The translations under genes and the position numbers were made by a program. A stretch of DNA of 64,000 nt from Podarcis melisellensis (lineage: Eukaryota), in the NCBI GenBank assembly GCA_964234715.1, contig OZ174281.1, one strand, 5' to 3'. Positions 22,501 through 34,000 of the stretch are shown piece after piece (within the stretch, counting starts at the first letter, position 1; every line of letters begins with the position of its first letter). The notes below the pieces were generated by a model that saw only the letters and a list, made by a program, of their open reading frames with translations, made no database searches and had not been told where the DNA came from.

Positions 22501-24381
22501 GCACCTGGTCCAGAAAGTGCTACCTGCTCAGCAGCGTCGTCAGCTGTTCCACCGCCACCGGTGGGCTTGCCTCCTCCTGGTTTGCCAGGCCGCTCTATGA
22601 GGGTAGATGCCACAAACCAACCCGCCACTGAGGCTGGAGAGGATTGCCATGTGGAGGATGTTCTTGCCCCCTTGAATGAGGCTCTGGCCAATTGCAGGAG
22701 ATCTGTACCCGTAAGTAGAATTGCTGCCTTTTCAGGATTTCCCCATTTTACTTTGGAGGGAAGAAAGTTCTTTTGCCTCTTTATGAGCAGTTGTGGTCTG
22801 CTTCGTTGTACTTAAGTGATTAGTTGATCAGCTAGAGCAGAGGGTGTGGGGGCACATTTGGAAATCTAAGAAGGTGTAATGGGCACCATTTCACAGAAGA
22901 AAAAACTGGCACCTCAAAAAAAGCACTTTTTTTTTAAAAAAAAGCTGGCCGCCTTCCCCCACAACTCATGCCCCAAGCAAGTAGGTAGCAAAAACCCCAG
23001 ACAAAACATCTTCTAATAAACAAATGGCATAACACTCCCAGTAACTACAGAAAGACGAAAAAGAAGAGAAAGATAGCAAGCAACCCCCCCCCAAAAACAA
23101 CAACAACATAAGACATAGCAAACAAAAACACAGGCAAAATGATCCCCAGATTTTGGAGACATTCTGGGGAAAGGGAAGTAAAAGGATGAGATAGCAAGAT
23201 GCTTGCAGTTTTCCAGCCACCTCTATGTGCATGTAAGCCAAATACCTAAAGAATTGAGGTGCTAATCATTAGAAATATATAGAGTGAGGCTTCTATCTCT
23301 TGCATTACTGTGGATCACATCTCAGTGTAGCATCTAACATTAAATGGTTTTGACTTTCTGTAACTGGAATTCCACCAGGTCTAGATATTATATAAAATTG
23401 GAGCTCTGTTGTTGTGGACTTCTTGCAATGAGGGCTTGATTAATGTGTCAGGCAGTGTTGAAAAGATGGCATCCTCAGTGAGCTAGAGACTGTGCCAGAC
23501 TCTGAAAATAGATGGTTTAACTAGGACATCATATTGAACTATGGTTTGGCACGATGTCTGCAGTGACAAATCTTAGGTATAGCTATTGCTTTAGCAGAGA
23601 TTAGAGTGAAATTATAAAACTGGTAGGATGAAAATGAAGGCAGGCGGACAGCTTTACCCAGGTTTTGCTTTTTTGTGAGCTCAAAGCTAATGAGGGTTTT
23701 GCCATTCCCTTTTGTCTTAAGAGGACCAAGAAGACTGTGGTGAGAAGTTATAAACATAACCTTTGCGAGATGTGCTTCCTAATAAGAATTGCATTTTTCA
23801 GAAACAGGTTTGTGATGACATCAGCAAGCGCTTAGGGATCCTGCAGCAGATGTGGGTACAAGGGAAACTCTCTGCCCCAGTGAGAAAGGGAATGAAGATT
23901 CTGACACAAGGTAAGCAGCAAGGACAAGGTTCAATGCTCTGCGGCAACATTCCTCATTGTAAACCCTTATCTTACAGCCTCTGGCCACCTTAAATAATCC
24001 CTATAGCAGAACTACTGCTGCAGTAGGATTAGCATGCAGTCCATGTGTGTGGCCTGTGGAGCCACAAACATCTGCATTCCTTAATTCTTTAGTGACTTAG
24101 GAGCTAGGGTCAGGGGAAGCAGTTGAATTGGGCTACTTTTTCATTACCTTTTGCAGTTCTGAGATGCTTTCTTTTTACTTTCAGAGCTCAAGCAGCAGCA
24201 CTGGGATGCAGCTGATGAGATCCATCGCTCACTAATTGTGGACCACGTCACTGAAGTGAGCCAGTGGATGGTAGGAGTGAAAAGGCTCATTGCAGAAACA
24301 AGAAACTTGCATACAGAAGATCTGGCCACAGAAGATTACGAGCAAAAAGTTGAAACCTCTTTGGAACCAGAATGCCAGTAA
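19037..24381 (+). CDS. SRA1: Steroid receptor RNA activator 1 (SRAP), 238 aa, 5 coding exons
   Basis: Exons 19037-19061 (MAELYVKPG), 19168-19344 ([17 protein letters not shown]), 22502-22710, 23802-23910 ([27 protein letters not shown]), 24185-24381 ([32 protein letters not shown]...*). All introns GT-AG; total 717 nt. Confidence 0.96.
19680..20146. other. Assembly gap (N run) in SRA1 intron 2
   Basis: 467 consecutive Ns. Confidence 0.99.
20739..21093 (-). mobile_element. Sauria SINE, full length
   Basis: tRNA-derived head (GGGACACGGGTGGCGCTGTGGGTTAAACC on minus), (ACCTTT)n tail, TSD TTTGGCATA at 20730-20738 and 21096-21104. Confidence 0.92.
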
Positions 24382-25064
24382 GATTAGGGCAAGTCCAAGG
24401 AGTTGGCAGTATAAGACTGGGCCTGCAGGGGACTGATTTCCTAAGCAGCAGAGGAAGGTGTTTTATCTCCTGAGCATTGGTGACCTACTCAAGTTAATTT
24501 TTGCCAATCTGACCAAAGCTCAAAGCTTAAGGAGAATCTCTCAAGTAAGCTGGAGAATTCTGTGTAGCTATTTGAAATTGGTGACTGTGGTTAAAAACAG
24601 CCAGCCCTTTCTGGACTTGGTACAAAATGGAAGGAAGTGACTTGGTGATGCAATTGTAATGCCAGTGTACAATGAAAGTCCAGACTGATACATGTGGCAC
24701 TGAAACTAAGAGCTTGCACTTACAGCTACTGCTGCTCTGGAGTTCATTTCAGTCTGGATAAGGTTCCTGGTCTTCATTTACAGGCAACGACCGATTTACA
24801 TGTGACTGCACGCATGCGCATTGCGGCAACCCAGAAGTGGCTGGAAAAGGGGGTGGAATGGGGAGGCGTGGGCTTGTGCATGCTCCACTGCACATGATGA
24901 CCTGAAATGCACCCCCCCACACACACACAGATCCGGTTGCATGTACCTTGTATTTTTCATTCAAATCTTTCTAGGAAAACGTAGACTGTACAAAAGTGAG
25001 GTCTCATGTTTCCCAGCAATTGCATCTCCGTCCTCAGCAATTCAACCAAAATGAGGGGATAGAT

Positions 25065-25314
25065 CATGGGTAGGCAAACTAAGACCTGGGGGTCGGATCT
25101 GGCCCAATTGCCTTCTAAATCGGGCCCACAGACGGTCCGGGAATCAGCATGTTTTTACATGAGCAAAATGTGTCCTTTTATTTAAAATGCATCTCTGGGT
25201 TATTTGTGGGGCACAGGAATTCGTTCCTCCCCACCAAAAAAATATAGTCTGGCCCCCCACAAGGACTGAGGGACAGCGGACCGGCCCCCTGCTGAAAAAG
25301 TTTGCTGACCCCTG
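25065..25314. mobile_element. hAT-superfamily MITE
   Basis: Imperfect TIRs CATGGGTAGGCAAACT / AGTTTGCTGACCCCTG; perfect 8-bp TSD GGATAGAT (25057-25064, 25315-25322). Confidence 0.88.
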
Positions 25315-25766
25315 GGATAGATGCTATTTCTATTTTATTTTAAAGGAACCATTTTTTTACTGCAATGTCTTCATTGTAGAGAGGATATTGTGCTGCTATA
25401 ATTTTTTTACTGTAACCCTCTACTGGCTTCCATTCAACCAGTTCCCACTGTGACGTTCTTTCCACATGCCCTTGGGGCAGCGTGGAGAATATGATGACAA
25501 CAGTTGCTGTGCATCCTGCTTCTTTCAGTCTTAAAGACTGCAGTTTAATTCTGGAAGTAATTTTTCCATTGTGGCAACTATTGAAGGTTACTATAGTAAT
25601 TCAATTAGTAACATTCCATTAACCTTTGGGTGGGGAGTTACTGTTATTCAGCAATGATCCTTCTGATTGGCTGACAGCATCTAAGTTTTTGTGGTTTTTT
25701 ATTTTTTTAAAAATTGGAATACTGTGTACACAGTTTCAAGGTAACATTATACTTAATTTCCCCTTT

Positions 25767-25838
25767 ATCTCACATGGGGTTCAAACCCAGAACCCTGAGA
25801 TTAAGCATCTCACGCTCTACCGACTGAGCTACGACAGC
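25767..25838 (-). pseudogene. tRNA-Lys(CTT)-derived pseudogene or SINE head
   Basis: Minus strand GTAGCTCAGTCGGTAGAGCGTGAGATGCTTAATCTCAGGGTTCTGGGTTTGAACCCC matches the vertebrate tRNA-Lys-CTT D arm and anticodon arm; acceptor stem broken and T-loop TTCGA changed to TTTGA. Confidence 0.75.
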
Positions 25839-26628
25839 TCAGTGACAGCATCTATAAGTTAAGGCTTATGTTACCTTAATTTTGCTAATTCTTAGAAAAA
25901 AGTCTTGTATCTTAACTTGTATAATACACATATTAAACGAGTTCCCAGCTTCCAGCTGTTGGCTGCAAATGGGCCTCTTAAATGTCTTGCTGTACACAAG
26001 CATAACAGCAGCTAGAAGCCAATGACACCTCAGAAACAAGGTGTCAAGTCTGCATCCTCCATCTAGGCTGTACTGGCCATTGCCAACAGTCTACATGTTG
26101 GCATGATTCACACATTATGCTAAACCAAACCATGGCTTAGTATGAGCACGTGGGTTCTAGAAGAGACAGCAGCCACTTTGCTCTTCTGCCATGCTGAGCT
26201 AAGCCATAGTTTGGCTTAGTGTGTTGTCTGAACCCAGACTTATGGTTTAGCTCTCTCCAGACTAACCCATGGAGTTGTGACCAAGGGTTGCCCTATGATT
26301 TTGCTCCTCTTATCTCAAGTGTTCCAAGAAGCACCTCCCAACACTGCAACACCAACAGTGAAAAACAATAGCAATTGTATTCAGTGATTTACTTCCCAAT
26401 GTTTTAGATTCAGCTGCCCTGCCTTGGTTTCTTACCTACTAGAGGCAGTTTGCTCTACAAATATAGTGTCCAAAGGAGTCAAACTGCAAGTCAGTGTAGG
26501 GCAAACATGGAGCACTGGACTAGCCATAAAGCTCACTGGGTGACCTTGGGCTCCTTCACTAGCTCTAATCTGCCTCAGGGCTGAGAGGAGAAAGCTGGGG
26601 AGCTTGGTCAAAATTGTGCATAAAAAAT

Positions 26629-26634
26629 AATAAA
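26629..26634 (+). terminator. Possible distal SRA1 polyadenylation signal
   Basis: First canonical AATAAA noticed downstream of the SRA1 stop, followed by a GT/T-rich tract; could instead be a repeat tail. Confidence 0.3.
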
Positions 26635-26834
26635 CTGCTAGAATCCTTGTGTAGTTTGTTTTAAATATAAGGACTCATACTTTACGTAGAATAAAAATAC
26701 AAGCATACCCATATATTAAAAGACCCTACAGGAAAGGTGGGTGGCCACAGAAGGGATTTTTTCTTCAGTGCGTCTCAAACTTTAGTCCACCACCTGTAGT
26801 TTCTCAATGTAGACTCTATACCAACAGTCAGGGA

Positions 26835-26946
26835 GTTCTCCAGGGTTCAAACAGCTTTCTCAGCCTTATGTAGAACTGCTGGAGGCAAAACATGGACCTT
26901 CTGCATGCAGAACATATGTTCTACCATTGAGCTATGGTCCTTCCCA
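26835..26946 (-). mobile_element. Short tRNA-derived squamate SINE (degenerate)
   Basis: Minus strand GGGAAGGACCATAGCTCAATGGTAGAACATATGTTCTGCATGCAGAAGGTCC with an A-box; a related copy lies near 33690-33750. Confidence 0.6.
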
Positions 26947-29900
26947 AAGATAAATTTTAGGTACCACTTAAAAATGCTTTAGCTTTTGGCAGCATTACAT
27001 TTGATTGGCTCTTGTTTGTGTACTGGTATTTAGTTTTAATCTATTAGCATGATTAATTTCAATTTTAATGGTTTTAAAACCATCTTTGGGTAGTAGTCAA
27101 ATAAATTTTACTCAGAGTAGACCCACTGAAATTAATGTGACTGTTAGGTCTACTCAAGAAAGGCCAACAACATATGCTGCTGCAGTGAAAAAGGTACTTG
27201 GCTGCCTTTGAGCAAATGGTTTTTACCCACAATACCCACATGCCACGGCATGTTTCCCAAATTCATACATTGTAGGCTATTGGCTGGGCTAGACTCAGGT
27301 GTTAAAAGGGTGTTGGGAAAAGTTAGCACAATAGACACCTCAGATTAGGGAAACATTTGGTTTTCAGTCTCCATTCCCTTGATCTCAGCCCACACCCAAG
27401 AGGCCCTGTTAAAAATGGCCTTGTGATGGTACTGCACACCTGCAGCTCTATCTTACAACAGCAACAATCTCTCTGTGATGCTGGAGATACAAGAAAGTAA
27501 AAGGCAGACATATGCTCATCTGGAAGGAGTGTTGGGCAGCAGAATTTTGGGAAGTTGTGTTTGCAGAAATCTGATCACAAAACAAAACTTATAGCCAATC
27601 CCCACCGTGGCTCTTTGGGGATGGCCCCCAGGCCCATAGAAAGATATTTACAAATAAGATACTTACAACTGCAAGAATGCGAATATCAAGATATTGAAAC
27701 TATCTAGGTGTAAGCAAAGAAAAATATATGACCAAGTATGGCCATATCAGAGAAATTGAATTATCAGCTTGGATTAAGCAGAGACTTAAATAACTCCCCC
27801 CCCACCCCGTTTGGGAAAAAAAATTCTTCATGCAACAGCCACATAATCCTAATACAATACACCAACGTCCAGAACTTGTTACCAGCACCACACAATATTG
27901 ATATTAAAAGTTTTTCTTCAGAAGATCTCTAAATACCGAGATACAGGGATATAGTTGTGAACTCTGATCGATACTCTGATGCTGTAGAATCCTTCTGACT
28001 TCAATATTTTAATTTATGGATATGATTTGTAATTTGTGAATTGTCCTAATGCATTCCAAGGCTATTAGCTGTGTTTTTCTTTTCTGTACTCTATCTTCTT
28101 TCATGAATAAAAAAATAGTCTCCCCATCCGAGAGATACTTGGTAACATCCAAAATTAGTCATACTTCCGGCTAATGTTGGATATATGGGGTAGCTTTGAT
28201 TATAAGGAAGAGGACTAAAATACAACTGTCAGTACGGTAATGTCCTAATATGTAGTTGCAGTGCAGACACACTTGGAATACTTTGCACAATTCTGACAAG
28301 CCCATCACAAGGTATCGTAGGGTAATAAAAATGAATGGGGAACTGGAATACCTTTCCTACCAGGAAAGACTATGTTTGGAGCATAGGATAGTGTTTTATA
28401 AAATTATGTATAGTGTGGAGATTCATTCATTAGCAGTGGGTTGTTGGTTATAAAAGACTGAGGTGAAAGCCCTTGATTAAGGTCATTTTGCAATTTGTAC
28501 CAAACAATTATGTCACTGTTAGCTTTAAGGATTGTTTTTTTCCCCCTTGATACCATAAAGATTCACTAACAGCATTGTAGTGGAATTCCCTCCACCACCC
28601 CCAGGTGGTGCTAGACGAGCTGCTCGACAAACACAACTTGGACAGACTATCAGAATAATGCAACCAAACAGACACTAACAAATGCACATGGTACAACACT
28701 GAAAATGAGAAGTGTGTGTCAAAATCTTGCTCCTAAGGCTGGTGAAAAACATCCATGTCCTCCATTTAATCACTCTTTAACAAAACTCTCACAAAGGGAA
28801 GAGATGTGCTGCTCTTGCTGCCACCAGAGGCTAGTCTTTGTCCTAATAACATACATTCCACAGGGTACACTCCCAGCTGAGTTTGTACAGGCTACATTCC
28901 TAGTCATGTGTACCAGAAATGAAGGAAGCCAGACTTGCTTCCAACCCAGGAATTTGGGTGCAGTGGAGATTTAAAAAAACCCTAAATTACTATTTTCTTA
29001 TGTGTTTTGCACTTGTAAAGGACAGGTAAACATCTCTTCCTCAAAATTTACACCTGTTGAATGTAACGTTCAAACCCTGCAAAATAGTAAGACTCTTTCT
29101 TCACCTGGGAATTTTGTGTGTTCAGGCAGGCTGGAACAATGTGCAAAAAGCTACTGCTGTATCTTGGAACTTTGATGTCACAAGGTGACCAGATTTGGCA
29201 GTTGAGATCACACTTCTATAAACGGGAATCTACTCTCAATTCACTTTACATATTGCAGTATTTGGATTAACAAAAACCCCATCAAACCATGTCTACTTGT
29301 CCATCAGCTGACTTCACCCAGCTGGGTTAATTTCCTGTGGGTTAACTTTGGCAGGTGGGTGGGCTCTGCCCATCTGTTAAAGTTGGCCACGGGGTAGGGA
29401 AGTTACACAGATATGGCCTGCCAGGCCAAAAAGGTTCCCTACCGATGCTCTAGGGGGTAGGATCTGAACAGGAAGATCTTAGTTCAAAACCCCTTTCAAG
29501 TATTAAGCTCACTGGGGGAGCTTGGCAATTGAACTGCTACATAGAATTACAGATTCCCAATTCTTCTCTACATCCTGAGCATTTGGAGAACTTACTGATT
29601 GTATCTGCCCACAATAAATTTGATTATTATACACAGAGTCCTGCATCATACTCACCATTGGTTACCAAAAGACTAAGTGCACCAGTGTATTATGTGCAGC
29701 CTTGCACTATTTAGGTGATGAGCTGCCTTTTCCCTAGTCAGCAACTAGTTTCACTACTGGGCCACACTGTGAAGGAGATGAGTGTGTGGCCTGCTGGCAA
29801 GCCCCGTTGTGTTAGAAACAAATTAGCCTTCTTCTGTGCACTCCAGCCAAACACAACTTAGTATTTCTGCTTCTGCACGGCAAGCTCTTCCAAATCCAGA

Positions 29901-30598
29901 AATACGACAAACTGTGTGACAAGTTAATTAACTGATGTTGAGGTTTCATATTAAAGTAGCCAGTTTTAGAGCATCGCTATGAAATATGACTTAGGGCACC
30001 AGCACAGTAAAGTCACCTACTTCCCAAGGAAGAAACATGGCTTTGGCATAGCATCTCGTAACTCTGCAAGTCCATTTTTGAGAGTTGAAGTCAGAGAAGA
30101 ATTTTCCATGTTTAAAGATAATTTAATTTTAGTTCTGAGGTGTATGTTGGGTATAGATACCTTAGGTTGGTATGGAATGTGTACTTAAATATGAATCTGT
30201 TACTTAAGTGAAGGAGCTTGATGTGTTGTTATATGTACTCTTAACACCTGCTGGTGATTCTTTGGTTGGTTTGTTCTGTGTTAGATTTCTGAGTACCTAC
30301 TTTAACCTGGTAGACTGTGTCCGCTGAATAAAGCTACCCTTGGCTACAGTGCTGAGGAGGCAGCTACCATGGCCGTCCAGTGATTCAACCATATTCTAGA
30401 TTTCTCTGACTTTCTATCAAATACGAGAACAGATAATAGTACTGGAAACAGTGTTGTATATAGTACAACAGTTTTCTAAAAGTGCTGGGAATCTATTAAC
30501 GATCTTAAAATTAAGTACTGACAGTACCAATCCAATGGTACAATCTTGCAACTGGTATTTCATTAAAATCATTACACAAAACTTATAATGTTCATCTT

Positions 30599-30604
30599 TT
30601 TATT
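30599..30604 (-). terminator. ANKHD1 polyadenylation signal (AATAAA on minus strand)
   Basis: TTTATT on plus, ~440 nt after the ANKHD1 stop, followed on minus by a T/GT-rich element (ttttgtgtaatgatttt). Confidence 0.65.
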
Positions 30605-31042
30605 GAATATTCAGGTAAATATTTCACATTAATACAGGCTACATAAAGTAGAGCCACTATACGACATGAAATTTACTCAACGTTTTTACTTTTAAGTATG
30701 TAAACAATTATACATGTATTTATCACCCTAAAAGGTTGAAATCATGTACTCATCTAGTTCTCTGCTGCATACAAGTAGCATTCAGTAGTGTTTAGCCAAA
30801 AGCACTAGGTTCATCCGATTTTGAGTTCAAAATGGCTAAACTAACTGGAGAACAGAATCAGTTGAATAGGTAACTCATTTTGTTCTTACACAATGGGCAA
30901 ACAAGTTTCTCTTGTTATAGCCCGCAGAAAAATTGCTTAGTTAGGCACATTAAAAAAATTCCCAAGTTCTTCCAAGGTCATATGTTTCTCCAAACAAGGC
31001 TTAAAAAAAAGAAAAGGAAAGAAAAAGGTAGGCCCTCCTAAA

Positions 31043-34000
31043 TCAGTTGACGTATTTGAGGTGCATGTTTCCAATGTGAGGCGCCCAGGTGCCAGGCCAA
31101 ATCTACAGGAGGAGAAACATCACAAAATAGTTAATTTCAGAGTATGGTTCCATCACCACTATACAAAGACCTACAAAATCAAGTACTGCAAAAAACCAAG
31201 TTCTAGCTGACTAAAGCTTGGCCCCAACACCCAGATTTAATGATCAGCTATCCCACCAAGACTCCATTTTGAAGTACACTTAAGGAAAATGTAACATTAG
31301 GATGGAAGAATGAAGACACTCCTAGTACTCTTACAAAAATTCAATTATATTATTTAAGGCAGATGTTTGAAAATTTAATAGTACAAAAAGCATTAATTAC
31401 TGCACCTGCTGAGCATCGGTACATTCTGTTGAATTTTGGACAACCTTTATCATGGGATTCCATGCTGGATCTGGAGTATGCAGTCCATTGAAGAGAGGCC
31501 CACCTGGTCCATCAGCTAGCTGAGGATGAGACGGTATAATAGTGCCTCCATACATGGAAATTGGAAGGCCCTAAGGAGAGACATGGCAATTTACAGAAAA
31601 TGGTAGCAGAGAAACAGGTTTACAGATCAGTAGCAATTTTATTTGTAGTAACTAATGAGTACAATGCTACTGTTATGCAGATATTATCTGCAAGAATTCT
31701 ACACCACCTCTAAGAGGCTCCCGAGCATAGACTAACCAATTGGGATATTGGACCTAACAGACCTTCATGCCTAACAGCACATTTACCTACTGTACTGTAA
31801 GGTAGGGGTGACCAACACTGTGCCTGTGGGCTCCAGAATGCCCATAAGTACACACTCAACTAAAGCTCAGAGTAGACATGAGGGCCATTTCTATTGGGCG
31901 GACTCCAATTATAGAATGTTCTTCCCAGTGAAGCCTGTCTTGTGTCATCTTTTCAATTTCATGTTAATATTTTTCTGTTCTACAAGACTTTAAGATCTGC
32001 CTTTAAGTCTCTGCGATGTGGTTGATGCTTTAATGTACTAAACATATTTAATGGCTGCTATAGTTATATGCTATATATTGTATTTGATTGTGCTGGTTTT
32101 CTATTTGGGTTTTGGTGCTAATTTTGGTATAAGTATAACATGGCTGTTAATTATTAAGGTTCTTTTAATCCTCTATACAGTTCCTAGACAATTTATAAGC
32201 AAATAGGGTGGGATTCACCTAACAGTCCCCACCAACAGAAACCCTGCACAAGGACTTCTGCTTGGGAAATGGGGCTCCCCCCCCCAACTGGCTTGAGGGG
32301 GTCAGGAAAAACCTCCTGAACAGTGTTGGGAGGTCTGTTCAATCAGGCAAGCTGGAATACTTGTGCAAACAGAATGATTGGAATTCCACCCATAAACCAG
32401 TAGTTTGGAAAGTCTTCCTCTCCACAGTACATATACAATCCTTGATACTCAGGAGTAACTCATTACTGTGTAACAGGCTCTTCTTTCCTATACACAACAA
32501 AATGTAAGGCTGTTGTCACCTGGCAGTTCACATGGCTGCCAATAGCTGGGCACACCAACTCCAGTGTGACAACAGAACAGCAGGTAGGCAGCTGTGCAAG
32601 CAAATTGCTCTGTGAAGCACCTCCCTCTCTTTGCTAAATGCAGCTGCACCAAAGTTTAACAGAAGGAAGACACTTCAGAGAAAATTGAAGCATCTCTCCC
32701 CTCCTTTAAAAGGGGGTGGGACTTGGGGCGAGCTGTAAGGAGATAGGCAAGGGGTGAGTGAGGTGTAAAGGAATGAGGGAATGGCCAGGTGTGTGGGGGG
32801 GGGGGCGGGGAGAAGGGGTTTGGCAGGTAGGCAAGGTTGGCAAGTGGAACAAGCGGAGATACACAACAATACATATTAATACACAAAACGGCAAGCAATG
32901 CAGAATGTTATCCCCAATTAGCACAAATTGCCTATTAGACACCCCAGACAAACAGAAGTGATGCTATTCTGGAAGGACTGGAAGCTGAGAAGCTCCCAAT
33001 GTTCACAAACAGCTTCCATTGAGAGTACAAATTCTAAGAATGTTCCTACAGCTGTATGATTTAGTTTGATTTGAAGCAACTGTGTGGAGCTCTGTGCATA
33101 GTATGACTGTGCGCAAGTGTGAGAGAGAAACTTTTGAAAGCGTACTTTAGAGAAATCTACAAAGCTGTTCGGCATAGGCTGCTGGAAAATATTTGAGGGC
33201 GCCACTATTCCAGAGTCATCTCTCTCCATCGGCTGATGTTGGGAAAAGGTGCCAGGGTCCGACAGCTGCTGATGAACTGGATGATTTCCCATGACAGGCT
33301 GAGACCAACCTGACATGCCTTCTAGAAAGATAACGAAGCACTTGTTTAGGGATCAGAAAAATCTCTCGTATTAATCAAATTTTATCTCTCTTATTACCCA
33401 AAAGTTAGAAAAGCTCCTTCTTGCTGCAGGAAGAGCCCACCCAACTCTACACACACTGCTCTTCAAGGGCAGTGACCTTCCCATGGCAAATCCAAGGACT
33501 AGTTCTCAGTCCTCATTCTCCAAGATTAATGACTGTGTCCTTTAACAAAGTTTATCTGCCACCCTCCTGAGATTGCTGTGGCCTGAGGTTTAGGAACATG
33601 AGAAACTGCTTTATCATAACAAACTGTTTGCCCATCTAGCCCAAGTATTATCTGTAACTAGCAGCAGATAGTTCTGTGTCATCCTTCTAACTGGGGATTC
33701 CAGGGATTCAACCTGGGACTACCTCCATGCAAAACAATTGCTCTGCCATTTAAGGGTACGTTGTCCCTTTCCCTCCTCACCAACATCCTCTTGTACAATG
33801 TCCTGCCAGTGTCTCAAGCCAAACATGGTGCTAGCAGGACATACCTGCACAACAGAACTACTTAGTAGTAGCTGAAACTTCACTTACTGATTCACTGCAG
33901 CAATACCTACTCCCCAAGATACAAACTACTATTTGAAATTCAAAAGGACTTGCCTCTTCAGAAATAGAAAATGCTGCAGTAAAAAAATCAGGAATTAAAA

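Noticed and set aside
28590-28615. Minus-strand SSTTWG resembling the 4E-BP YSTTPGG motif
   Set aside because: Only a few residues match, there is no second TTPGG repeat or donor, and it lies downstream of the putative exon 2 trace; a CTCF-like motif explains it at least as well.
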